Notes: generated from the letters alone by a model not told the origin. DNA of 64,000 nucleotides from Octopus sinensis (GCF_006345805.1 NC_043016.1:2790001-2854000), one strand, 5' to 3'; numbered from the stretch's first letter, positions 49,673-63,425 are shown. Translations and numbers: made by a program.

Positions 49673-50877
49673 CTGAGAATGTTTATTTCATTCGTTTCAT
49701 AACAAAAATTATGAGTGTCATACAAGTCTCCACAGATTCGTGGATCCATTAGGGCATTGAAAACAATTTAGGGAAAATTACATTTTAAAGCCATCTACCT
49801 ATAATTCTGTTATACACTCTAGTTTTACATGAATTCCAATTAATTTCGTTCCTATGCGACAACGATTTTCGTTTTACTTCTTTTCACATTTAGTCATATT
49901 TTATATTTTTTACAAATATTTCAGTTGAAAATCTAAAAGTAATTATTTTTTTATGGCAATATCATCTCTAAAGCAGCTACGAGACGATTTCAACTATATA
50001 GGAGAAATTTAGCTATCATCAGAAAACTTCACTTCTGAACAGGAATTAGTGTTACGGATATTATAAAATATACATTTCTTTAAATATGAGGCAACATAAA
50101 CATCCACGTATATAAAAGAGCTTTTTCTTATTTATATAGCCATAAAAACTTCCAGCAGAAAACTAATTAGACCCTTCTTTCACTAAATAGGATAAAAAAG
50201 ATTGTTTTTAACATTTCTAAAATGGCAGAAAAAATGGGATAAAAGCGACGAATCATAGGTTGTCGGTGTCGGGAGCAACGCCTCACGCTATTTAGTTATC
50301 AGCAACTCAACTGAATCAGATGCTTACGAAAACTGTTCTCCGCTAAAGGCACTAAAAGGACATATTAGGGTGTAAGATGGGTAACAAATTGTGTGCCAAG
50401 CTCGAACAGTACAATGTATATAAGGGGTCTGCGCACAGTTTACCTCTCACACACTCAATTACACTCAGAATTCATGAATTGCCTTGAGGTTCTGGTCGAA
50501 GATGTATACGCAAAGTTTCGGACAGTGGAATCAAACTCAGAAGCACATTCGAAACCATGAAAAAACATTCGTCGATTTTATTGTGTTTTGATAAGGAAAT
50601 GACACATTTATAATTTATACCTATCTACCGCTAAAAGGGTGGGATGATCGCAGTTGGAATGTCTTTAGTCATAGCTCTTCTCAATCAAACTACACCTGGG
50701 TGGTCATTAGATAATGTAGTCTTAGATACAGTAGATAAACATGAAGTCTAAACAGAATGGTTACAGCTACAGCAAGTTTTATCATTGTTCCAATGCATCA
50801 AGTTCCACCTGAGAATGGCAGAATAGCAACAAAATCAAGCAAAAAGTATTTAAGCAATAGATTTAAAAAGCATTTAA

Positions 50878-51180
50878 GAACTATAAACCAATCCTTCCAG
50901 TTCTTTCAGAACTAATATTTATTAAAACACACTGTTTTAATAATTTTATTGACCGATGTTTCGATTTAGTTCTAAGAAGGCAATTGATCATATGAAATTC
51001 ACTTGGCTCCTATTTCTACAAGAAATATACTCAAACTAGTAGAAATGGGAGCCAAGTGAACTTCAAATGACCACGTGCTTCCTTAGAACTAAATCGAAAC
51101 ATCGGTCAATAAAATTCTTAACACAATATGTTTTAATAAATGTTAATTCTGAAAGAACTGGAAGGATTGGTTTAGAGTTC
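50878..51180. repeat. ~300 bp fold-back element (~140 bp arms, 19-nt loop)
   Basis: Arms 50878-51019 and 51039-51180, e.g. AAACCAATCCTTCCAGTTCTTTCAGAA versus TTCTGAAAGAACTGGAAGGATTGGTTT. Confidence 0.93.
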
Positions 51181-52049
51181 AGCTGGATCAGTGTCATCTG
51201 GAGCTAAAACCAATGAGGGATACATTAAATGACGTAATTCTACATAAACTGCGATTAAAGAAATAAGTAGGATGGTCAGGGATGGTTCACCTTTCCTTAT
51301 GTCTGAGTTCAAATGACCTACCGAAAGTAACAACCAGATCTTACTTAAATATCGCTCAGTTCAGGGTGAGCGAGTTCTAACTATTACAAAAGTGACATCG
51401 TTAGATACGCAGAAATGTAGAATTAATTTGTGAAATCTGTATTTTTCAAGTGATTTTCATTACACATTTTTGAAAATATTTTATAATTCATACATACACA
51501 AACACATACTCCAACATATATACATTTGTGCGATATACATATATACATGTATGTGTGCGAGTGTGTACATGAATATGATATATATATGGTGTTCAACGGT
51601 ATTATTTACCGGTGCGTGTAAATCAAACATAATTGAGTTTATGTAATATTCATAATGTTCATTACAATAACATATAATGCTGCTTCTTGAGAAAAAAGTA
51701 AAGAACACCCTAAACGAATAAACAATATGGAAAGGATATAATCGCAAATAGAATAATACGTTGAATTATATTACTGATGCTGATGTTACTACCGATTATG
51801 TGTTTTTCCTGCGTTTACCTTTTCTTTTAACGCCGTCCTTGCAAAAACTCTTATTTAAATTCATTATTATTTGTATTGCTATTAATTTAAATTTTCACAT
51901 TTGTTTTATTTTCATGAATCGATGTCATGAATATATTGCAACTGAAAATTGGGGTCCTGGCAGAAGTTTACTGATTTGATTAGGTGCATATAATATCCTA
52001 GATTCTCTGTTTGTTATCTTCGGTGAATTTCTATTTTATTTATTTATGC

Positions 52050-52057
52050 ACCTATTA

Positions 52058-52094
<37 letters not shown>

Positions 52095-52117
52095 CATTAT
52101 TATTATTAGTGTCATTA

Positions 52118-52155
<38 letters not shown>

Positions 52156-52222
52156 ATTATTATTATATTATTATTATTATTATTATTATTAGTGTCATTA
52201 TTGTTATTATTATTATTACTAC

Positions 52223-52259
<37 letters not shown>

Positions 52260-53179
52260 GTTATTATTATTGCTGCTATTGTTTTTTTCCATTTTTTTTT
52301 AGTTGTTGACCTTCCTACCGCCGCCTCTACAGTTACGGCTGCTATTGTTGTCACTGCTGCTGCTAACAGTGTTAGTGCTTTTCGTATTTTTTTTCCTCTT
52401 GGCCCCGTAACACTTTTTCCTAATTTTAGATGTAAATCTAACAGCTGAAAATATATTTGAGGAAATAAATATAAAAAAATAACTAAATAAATAAAATTTC
52501 GTGCAAAGTAGAATATAACATAATAAAATCATTGCCCATTTTGAAATTGGTGTTTGCACTCAGTATTCAGAGAACTCAGAACTGCATTACCATGCATGTT
52601 AAATGTTTTATCTAATCTTTATCTCTTTTGTAAAATCGGGAACACATCGTGTTGAGTCTATATGCTTTAGTGAAGAAGAAAGAAAACAAAAACAAAATTG
52701 GTGATTCATATCCACGGAAATTATTTGTATCAATTGGACAGGAAACAGAATCACAAAACATGACAAGAAGACGTGACAAGTTCTCCGGCCGTAAACAGCC
52801 GATTTTTCCCCCACGTTCGTGTTTACAAAATAGTGATTGCTTTGCAAAACACTGTGATGAAGTTAGTCGAAAGAACAAGAACATCGTCGCTTAATCTGTG
52901 TGGGGATGCGTCATTTGTCCCAGGACTAGGTGTCATTTTATCACTAAAAAAAAGGGAGTAATGTTTCAAATCTTAATGGGTGGAGGTCGTCGTAGAAAAT
53001 GCAATTGTGGTACAAGTTATTCAGTACTGGCCATCATGAATTAGCTGATATGCTGCATGAAGAATTCAAAATGAATATAAAAAAGAGCAACAAAAAAATT
53101 ACGTTTACAATATAGGATTAATTCAAAAAAGAAAATATTTGACTGTCTCACGATGAAAAATGTCACTACATTAGTAGTG

Positions 53180-53216
<37 letters not shown>

Positions 53217-53232
53217 CAGTAGCAGCAGCAGC

Positions 53233-53267
<35 letters not shown>

Positions 53268-53280
53268 CAGCAGCAGCAAC

Positions 53281-53348
<68 letters not shown>

Positions 53349-53397
53349 CAGCAGCAGCAGCAACAGTATTATTATTATTATTATTATTTTATTATTA

Positions 53398-53475
<78 letters not shown>

Positions 53476-53500
53476 CAGCAGCAGTAGTAGTAGTAGTGGC
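52050..53500. repeat. (TTA)n tract (52050-52270) and (GTA/GCA/TTA)n tract (53165-53500)
   Basis: Direct inspection. Confidence 0.95.
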
Positions 53501-53694
53501 AGAGTAGTGTCGTTGGTGTCGTTCTTGTGGCCAGTCAATACTTTCGCTACTCATGGTATGATAGATATCAGATTTCATGATTCATATGAACCACATGACT
53601 GCTTTTAATTGTACACACTCACACATCGATTTTAATGCAAATATCACAGTTTAAAATACAAGCATACACACGCACACGCACGCACATACACACG

Positions 53695-53748
<54 letters not shown>

Positions 53749-53778
53749 ATATATTATATATATATATATATACATATA

Positions 53779-54065
53779 TCTATATATATAAAACTGAGCA
53801 TGTGTGTCTGCGTGTTTGTGTGTCTGTGTCTGTGTCTGTCTGTCTGTGTGAATCCCTAAAACTTGAGAACTACACAACCCATTTGATTCAAACTTTACAC
53901 ATGCTTACTTAGGGTCCATGTAGCGTCATGGGCAAAAAAAAATTTTTAACTTCTTGCCTAGGGCGAGCCGACAGCAATATCATATCTTCTCCACTATCTC
54001 AGTATTATGATATAAAAGTGAAACAAAAACATCTCTCTTTTGTAATGTCAGATACTTTCACTTTA
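53779..54065 (+). mobile_element. Non-autonomous Helitron-like element, 5' region, copy 2
   Basis: Homologous to 18777-19035. Confidence 0.6.
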
Positions 54066-54339
54066 ATACTGAAACTATTAAAATGAAAGTGTTATATAAC
54101 AGGGATGAACCATTAACAGTGGACATTCATTTTGCTAGAAGAAGATCCGCTATGGTCTTATATGCTACACCACTGGTTTTCAATTCATATTAATCAAATT
54201 AATATTCAATTTTTAACCCTTATTATTTTAAATTTAAATTTACATGTGTTTATATATATACATATATATAGATGTGTATATATATATATATGGATGTATA
54301 AATAAATATACATATATACATGTATATATATATGGATGT

Positions 54340-54371
<32 letters not shown>

Positions 54372-54722
54372 ACATATATATACATGTATATATATAGATA
54401 TATATATGTATATATGTATATGTATAGATGTATATGTATATGTATAGCTGTATATGAATACATGTATGTGTAGAGTTATAGATGTATATGTATACATGTA
54501 TGTGTAGAGGTATATATATAGATGTTTAACAGTAGACATCCATTTTGCTAGAAGATCCGCTATGATTTTATATGCTACAACACTGGTTTTTAATTTATAT
54601 TAATCAAATTAATATTCAATTTTTCACCTTATCATTTTAAATTTAAATTTACATGTATATATATATATATATAGATGTATACTTATAGATCTTTATATAT
54701 AGAGATGTATTTATATATATGG

Positions 54723-54756
<34 letters not shown>

Positions 54757-54833
54757 CTAATATAGGATAAAATTTTTTAAATTTTATCAATGGCCAGCAT
54801 ATTAAAAATACCTTTAAAGGGTAAACTTATAAA

Positions 54834-55137
54834 TAACTTATAAACAAGGATAAAAGAAAAAAAGTTTCTAATGCCAAATATGCCGAAACTAGATACGTCG
54901 TCCCTAACCATATAATATATCACTATAAGCCCGTATCTCGAAGAAAGCACAGAAATTTGCGGCGCATTTATCACTGACGAAGAGAATGTTCTTTTGAATT
55001 AACTCTGAAATCGGGTCCGATATGGTAATAACGGAATATTTTTTGGAAACTTCTGTCCGCTTTCTTCGAGATACGTGCTTATAGTGATAAATTATATGGT
55101 TATGGACGACGTGTCTTTTACTCTTGTTTATAAGTTA
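54834..55137. mobile_element. MITE-like inverted-repeat element with an HHR-like motif in its spacer
   Basis: Arms 54834-54958 and 55047-55137, beginning TA-ACTTATAAACAAG and ending CTTGTTTATAAGT-TA. Confidence 0.8.
54969..55022 (+). ncRNA. Type I hammerhead-like ribozyme
   Basis: TATCA-CTGACGA-AGAG..CTCT-GAAA-TCGG-GTC-CGATA: intact core and GUC site, with one mismatch at the base of stem I. Confidence 0.5.
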
Positions 55138-55371
55138 TATATATATATATATATATGTATGTATATGTATACATGTATATGTATAGCTGTATATGTATAC
55201 ATGTATATGTATACATGTATGTGTAGATGTATATATATATATATATATATATATAGATGTACACATATATACATGTATACATATATGTATACATGTACAC
55301 ATATATATACACATATATACATGTATACATATATACACCATTACACACATACCCCACACACACGTACATAG

Positions 55372-55710
55372 GTGCAGGTGTGGTTGTGTGGTAACAAACT
55401 TGGTTCCAAAACACATGGTCCTCATTTCAGTCCCACTGTGTGGTAACTTGGCATGTGTCTTCTGCTATAGCCTCAGACCAACCAAAGCCTTGTCAGTGGA
55501 TTTTGTAGACAGAAACTAAAAGAAGTCAATTGTATATATATGTATGTATATATGTAAGTGTATGTGCGTGTCTTTGTCTCTGTGTTTCGCCCTCATCACT
55601 GCTTCACAACTGATGTTCATTTATTTACATCCCCGTAACTTACTGGTTTCACAAGAACAAACTAATGGAATAAGTACCAGGCTTATCCACATAAAAAAAG
55701 CACTAGGCTG
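55372..55710 (+). mobile_element. SINE B/C, diverged complete copy
   Basis: B head, (TA/TG)n, C module. Confidence 0.75.
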
Positions 55711-56511
55711 TGTCTCATATGTTTGTTTGCCCACTCACTTGTATCTATCAATTTTTCTGTGTATGAAATTCTAGTCATTTTTTAATGATCAAAAAACTAA
55801 GTCAAAAGTACTGAATGGATCTTTATGAAATTTGGAAATTATATTCTATGCATAAGGGCCATAACCCCCGTGACAATTCATATATTTTTGCTGTTGATGA
55901 AATTTTAACCATAGATATTAGACACAAATGAAGTAATATTTATAAAACTCCGTCTTCTTACAAGCTACAAAGACCCCTCCATGGGGACTTAGCACCTACA
56001 ATTTTGTCATTTCATCTAAGTAAAAACGAATACAGTTGTGCTCTTGGAAGCTGTAGGGTTACCCGAGCATAAAAGATCAGCATTATTTGTAATTCAATGG
56101 TACAACAGTGTAACAGTATACTTTGACAAACACTTACATTGTAATTTCTGCAATGTGCTGCATAAATTGTCAAGTAAATGAGAGGCATCTTTGCCTCCAC
56201 TGATTCAGTTGCAAAGTGTTGAGTAAAGTTATTTGAATGCAGACCTCCTTTCAATCTTTTTATTATCACTCGGTCACACATAGTCCCCAGATGATAACAT
56301 TGATTTCAAGGCCTTTCCAGATGATTGACTGGTTATTCAAAGACGTTTATAGATTTCAAATTTATTCTGTCCTGTTACGTATCAGTATAGTGGTCATTTG
56401 CAAACTCCAGAGGTGACACTTTCATTTCTCCTTAGCCCTCTCTCTTTCAGTCCCTCTCTTCCCCTCTCTCTTTCAGTCTCTCTCTCTCTTCTTCTTTGTG
56501 TGTGTATGTAA

Positions 56512-56556
<45 letters not shown>

Positions 56557-57105
56557 TGTGTGTGTGTGTACATACATACATACACACACATACTCATATA
56601 CACCGATAAAATGTAATATCTTCGTCACTCCGAGTTTTTTCTATATGATATACAAAAATTCTAAATGTCAGTGTAAAAGCATCCAAAACATAACTAGATA
56701 TTAATCTAGGAATTTGAGTATTAAGTTACTGAGAGTTTACTGCAAGTGAATGTCCGTAGCACTGTCGAATATGAAACAATAATTCTCATTGGCAATGTTT
56801 TTAATTCCTCGTAAAATTTCAGTCCATTATAATGATAGAGATTAACATTTGGTTATCTAATCGTAAGTTCATGTTCTTATGTTTTTTTCTTTGTGATATG
56901 TTGATTTTTTTCCTTAAATTTGTGTTCGCCAAATAATTGATCTGGGATATAGTCTCATGCTTATTTAATCATTTACTAATTTAACTCATATTCACTCATT
57001 TTGATATTTTCCCTAATTGCATTTTACTCATTTTGTAAACTAAGATTGACTGATATATGTTAAGATGTGTATGTGTGTGTGATATACACATGTTTGCATA
57101 TTATA

Positions 57106-57189
<84 letters not shown>

Positions 57190-57202
57190 GTATATATATA
57201 TG

Positions 57203-57264
<62 letters not shown>

Positions 57265-57469
57265 TTGTGTGTGTATATATATATTATATATGTGTGTGTG
57301 TGTGTGTATGTATATAGTGAAAAGTGCAAGATCCCCTTATCTACCAAGGAAATTATTTTATTGGATAATTCTGAACTTGAATATGTCTCTGATTTTCATA
57401 TGTGTCTTCATTATAGCAGCAAATGAATTAGGAAACCTAACAAAGGTCTTTCACTAGCATCAATGATGC

Positions 57470-57800
57470 TGAGAGATTTTAAGAAGCGCGATCAACAACA
57501 TATGGAATGTCTACGAACAGCTCGAAGATATCTTGCAAACAACTTGCACATGCAAGTGCTACCAGTCGAAAGCTTCGCATACCGGAAGCCAGCAAGTGTA
57601 TGGGGCCATCAGGAAAGAATGCGCGCAGTTTCGGGGTCTACCTCTCGACCGTATCATTGTGCACTTTCACTGATGTGATGCCCAGCATGCTAGATCAACT
57701 GGTTATCAAATAAAGCTCAATATTCTAGCCATCGCTCATCGTCTCTTTTTAACCAAATCCCGTGGCTAGCCTTTGGTTTGGATATCGGTCATGGTGGTCC
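57470..57800 (-). mobile_element. Hero-like LINE 3' end, copy 2
   Basis: GIWLKRDDERWLEY-like end and 3' UTR homologous to 11540-11800. Confidence 0.65.
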
Positions 57801-59530
57801 CAAAATGCTTTTAAAAGTATCACTTTCGAAACAACCCTTGAAAAGGAGATTAAACTCTGATGATGCACACAGACAAGAAGATTGTAAAATGTTACATTTA
57901 CAGTCTATATTATAGATACCATTACGAAATTAGTGTCGAAATAGTGTGATAATTGTAATTCTTCACAAAAAAGGCGTCGCGTTAATAAGAAAGAGACTGA
58001 CATAGTGTAATAACTCAGAAGCAACGTAAGTTGATTTGCCAAAACCTAGCATAGAGGAACCATAGAGGTGGACACAGGTTTACCTATTGAATCGCACATA
58101 CACATTCAATATATTTGAGCGTATCTGTTGTTGCACACGCATGCGTGTGAGTGATTATGAAGTATGTGAATATAACTGAAGTATTACAATAAATATTTAA
58201 CTTTTAAATATTATGTAACAATCAGGGGTTCTTTAATAATAGCTTTGGCATTTATTTTTTCTGTATTTAGGTAGTATCCATGACCAGTCAGAATATATTC
58301 AGTATTACATAGATCTAATATTAGCTACCGAATGTCCCTAGGGTTACCTTTAATCGAATATAACTATGATCGATGCCATTATACCGGTGAACATCCCGCC
58401 TTATTGGTTATATGTAGACCACTGCTATTTCTCGTAGGTTGAGTGATCTCATAGCTCGGTATGATATTTTTTTCGTTCTTACTAGAACTAGCACCCTGAT
58501 AGCTCCCGCGGGATACTTTATTGGATATCAAAACAGTTATTTTTTGGCAACAAATGGCAAAATTTTTTTTTTTCTGCCGATGAGTTTTGTAAGAAAATTC
58601 TGTCAGTTTGTCAAAAGAGAAAGAACATGACTAATGGTATTTTCACAGTGTCTGCGATAATTGAGAAAAAGGAAGTACAACAGCTATTTTATTCCCAAAC
58701 CGGAAACGTCTGGCAAGAGAATGAACTCCCCTACATATAGACAAAGGAGTGTGTGAGGCATTAAACCGTTGTAAAAAAAGGCTAACAGCTTAGTAAAATA
58801 ATTATCATTCTCTATGCCTTACATTTAGATGCAGTAACAAGATTTGATTTTATCAAAGCTTTCATAAAAAGGCAGTTTTATGCATCGGAATTCAGTCTGA
58901 AATGAGAGACTGTGAACAAAATTTGAAATCACATTGTCAATGCTAAGTAGACGTTTTTTTTTTTTGCAAGTAGACTTTTAAATTACATAATTCAAGATGT
59001 CTTTGCATTATTCAATAAAGTAAAGCGAGAAGTGATCCACACGAGATTTTTGTTGGCTTTTATATCAGCGATATATAATAATTTCTCTATAACGGTGATA
59101 TGGGACAATGTTAACTCTAGTTTCTCTTTCTGGAGTTTCTAGTGTTACTAAACTTAATAAAGGAAATAGAAATTATCCCTCTCTTTCTCTCTCGCTCTCC
59201 TTCAAACACATGGCTTTATTTATTTATTCTGCTTCTCTCTCCTTCATTTTTCACCCCAAACACACTCACACACAAACACACATATATATGTATACAGAAT
59301 ATATACACACACAGCTATATATATATATACAGAGTAATCATACATACATACATACATATATACATATACATATATATATGTATATATGTATATATATATA
59401 TGTATATATATGTATGTATGTATATGTATATATATATATATGGATGTATATATATATATGTATATATATCTATATCTATATATATATGTATATAGATATA
59501 TATCTATATATATGTATGTGTATATATATG

Positions 59531-59561
<31 letters not shown>

Positions 59562-59855
59562 TTCAACTACATTATGGCTCAAAGGTAACTGTTTACTCGG
59601 CTCTCCCATGGTCTCTTTCTCAGCTCTACCCGCCCCTCCTCCGTTTCACACCTAGGGAGATTTTTGAACAACTTGATCTTGATCAACAGCTTGGCCTTCA
59701 TCTATGAATGGTACCAATAATATATTAAGTTAAAAACCATCTTGCATGAGAGAGTCGAAAGTACACACACGTATCGAACACACATCTTGTGTATAAACGT
59801 ATAAGGAAGTGTATCTCTGTTTCTCTGTCTGTCAGTGTGCGTGCGTGCACATACA

Positions 59856-59897
<42 letters not shown>

Positions 59898-59904
<7 letters not shown>

Positions 59905-60195
59905 ACCACGTAACCGATCCAGGCCATCAGATGCTGCTACACCTCGCTGGTCACAATGCGCTTCGCATTGTTTTAGCCTTCAATTCACGCCACCCAGCTG
60001 GCTAAGCGAGCAGGCCAACAGAAGAAAGAGTGAGAGAAAGTTGTGGGTAAGAGTACAGCAGGGATCATCACCACCCCCTCCCGGAGCGTTAGGTGTTTTC
60101 GCTCAATAAATACTCACAATAAATACTCTGGGAATCGAAACCTCGATCCTACGACTGCGAGTCCACTACCCAAACCACTGGGCCATTGAGCCTCC
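59898..60195 (-). mobile_element. SINE family E, tail type 2
   Basis: A box TGGCCCAGTGG, B box GTTTCGATTCC; tail differs from the 41921 copy. Confidence 0.8.
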
Positions 60196-60235
60196 ACACA
60201 CAAACACACAAACACACACCATATATATACATAGG

Positions 60236-60292
<57 letters not shown>

Positions 60293-60718
60293 TATATATA
60301 TATATATATAATGTATGTATATAATATATATATATATAAGTTTATATATATATACACATATATATTTGCATATGTGTGTGTATATATATATATATTATAT
60401 ATATATATCATATAGATACATACATACATACATACATACATACTACATACATACATACATACATACATACATGCATGCATACAGAAATAATGGGCTATAT
60501 ACATTTATTTATTATAGGCATACAGTTGTTTGAGATATGCGTTTGCGTGTGTTTACGGTTCAATCTTATCACTCGATCGACTGAAAATATGGGGAGCCAT
60601 AGAGGGAGAGGGAGAGTGAGAGAGCGAAAGAAAAAGGTACGCACACGTACACATTTCTGTCTATCTATCTATTCGCCCTTCCTTCTCCATTTAAACATTA
60701 TATATATATATAATATAT

Positions 60719-60750
<32 letters not shown>

Positions 60751-61306
60751 ACTCTCATACATGTGTATTTTAGACTGAGATGTTCATATGTTCAAATGTA
60801 CATAAATACATACACCTACCTACTTGTATACGTAAAATAATCCCATTCACATCGCAAAATCATCTCAAACACATTCCGAGAAGTACATAAATAGACTAAC
60901 ATTACGACTACGTGCATCTATGCACCCATACACATACCTCCATCTGTCTTTCAGCCAATAGCAACTCTAATTCTTTTGTTAATTTTGCTGAAAATAAACA
61001 GAGTTTTTATAGTTAATAATTAAGATTACTTCAGAATGCAATGGCGCTTTGTCACAGACCCATTGAGGTGCGTATAAATAGCATTGGTGCTAGCTGAATT
61101 CTTGTCAATTCTCGAAGAGGAAGTTAAGTGCTCCAAGATATATTAAGGCTGTTGATTCAAGTTATATTAAGAACAGCATTAAACATCAAAGTTCTACGAC
61201 TAGCCTTTCTCAATATCTCTTTCTATTTCTCTCTACCAATCTCTTCTTTATTTTCCTCTTTCTCTGTGTAGCGCCATCTTTTCGTAACTTATATCTTCTC
61301 TCTCTC

Positions 61307-61352
<46 letters not shown>

Positions 61353-62370
61353 AGTGGCTTTCATCTCTGTCAATTTCTTTCCTATTTTCTGTATTTGTGT
61401 ATCAGCTTCTTTCTCTGCCTCCAACGTCTCAGTTTTAGTACGTAGCGCCCTCCCCCTCTCTCTCTCTCTCTCTCTTTCCCTTTCTCCCTCACTCTCTTCC
61501 TCTTATACATAATCTCCTATTGATATATGAGCGGCGTTTCTGCTGTCTCGCCCGCCTTCTCTGGCAACTACTTGAGGCTATCAGATAAATGGACTTACAC
61601 GAAATGAAATCTTCTATTTCGTTAGGTTTCCTTACGCATGATTGGCAATTTAGACGGAAGATGCTGTCCGACCGTTTCAGGTCCGTCTGTCCGACTGTTG
61701 AAAGGTTCATAATGGTTTTTAGTTTGTCAAGTGACCAATACTATTTTATATTATCAAACCAGTAAATGAAACACGCCCCGAAACTACGTCACTGAATGCA
61801 CATACAAGATCATTATGCATGTATCACACACATACCCGCATGCATAAGGAGAGAGACACGCGTACATACAGATATACAAATACACACATACATATACATA
61901 TATGTGTGTGTGTGTGTTTGTTTGTATATATGTGTGTGTGCCTGCATATGTGCTTATATTCATACATACATACCTATACACACACACACACATACACTTA
62001 TATATATATATATATATATACATACATAGATGCACCATTCATACACACAAACAGACAAGCAAACAGAGCGAGGAGCAATGGAATCAAGCCAGTAACGAAC
62101 GCGTGAATGGATGATGATACCACTGCTCCTAACGTTTAAACAATACACGTACATTGAGTACTTTAATCAGATAATGTTTAAATTAAAAAGTGTTTCGATA
62201 GCAAAATCTATTTTGCTCATGCAGCTCCATGGCAAATCAGAAAATTCATTTTAGTCAACCTGAATATGCTACCGGATAGAGATTTCGATTTTAATTTGCA
62301 AGTGACTCGAGTTTACGGTTTTGATAACCTGCAAATAAAGTGAAATACTTATTAACCACTCCCGTGCGAA

Positions 62371-63245
62371 AAGGTATCAAAGGGTTCACGGACTGGTTAG
62401 GTTTGATAAAAAATAACTTAGTCTGCTAAGTTTTAACAAAAGTTCCTTCGTATTAGTCACATCGCGCTGCAGTGCACCGTTCCCAGCGTTCCTGCCTATT
62501 TAGGAATCCGGCCTGAGAGTTGTTTTCCGTAAGCCAGTCGATGACCTTCAGTGATTCGCTCTGGATCTCGATAACGGGGTTAAAACGGCGACCTTTGAGC
62601 CGCATTTTTATCTTGGGGAATAGATGGATGTCTCTAGCGAATAGGGTGGATGCGGAAAAGATACCATTCTGTTTTGGCGAGAAACTCGCGGGTTAGGCGA
62701 GCTCAGTTACAGGGGGCATTGTCGTCGTGAAGATCCTAATTCCTTGTGCTCCACAGATCCGGTTGCTTTCACCGAATGTCCTCCCTCAAACGCTTCAAAA
62801 TGTCACAGCAGAGCTTCCGATTAACGGTCTGACCACGGGGGCCGAATTCTCGATGCACAAAACCACATTTTTGGTGGGTGACGATCAAGGCAGGTGTTCC
62901 AGCGAGATTCTTCCGCTTTTGAAGTTCCTGTGCTACTAGAAATGTTGCGTGCGATCCATTGCCTCGTCGCCGTAAGCTTGCTGAAGCATATGTAATGTAC
63001 CTGTAGCAGACTTATTAAGTGTAACGCAAAATTTCTCGTTGGCTCCTTGTTCTTGTCCATAACAAAATCGCAGACTACAGCATACACGTAATCACAAAAT
63101 CACAATTTTCACAACTTGCGAAGACAGCGATGTCACTTGGCACAATGCGTCATGAAGATCATTGCTAGTCCTAACGACACACGCAGCTGTGTGCTGCTAT
63201 CTGTTGGTGTACTACTGAACAAGACCGGAAATGTTTTCATACCTT
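62371..63245 (-). mobile_element. Internally deleted mariner with degenerate TIRs
   Basis: ATG at 63060: MDKN..EKFCVTLNKSATGTLHMLQQAYGDEAM..FKSGRISLE, jumping to HREFGPRGQTVN..LHDDNAP..HPPYS..LFPKIKMRLKGRRF. TIR-like 28-mers at 62371-62398 and 63218-63245. Confidence 0.85.
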
Positions 63246-63425
63246 CTGAAGCCATTTTGCTTGTCATAGCTCTGGAGTAAATCTCTTTTTGTAACACTGT
63301 ATGCATTAAAGATACTTCTTCCTTACTGATAAATCGCAGCTTCCGGCGTTTAAATAACATAGGTATGTGAGTATGGGGTAGCGTTAATGTGTACATTCCA
63401 AAGCTGTTTCAACTGCATAAGCTGA

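Noticed and set aside
56139-61694. Upstream minus-strand exon candidates (56139-56200; 61599-61694)
   Set aside because: Plausible GT-AG signals and open frames, but they cannot be joined to E1 without a weak acceptor or unseen exons.
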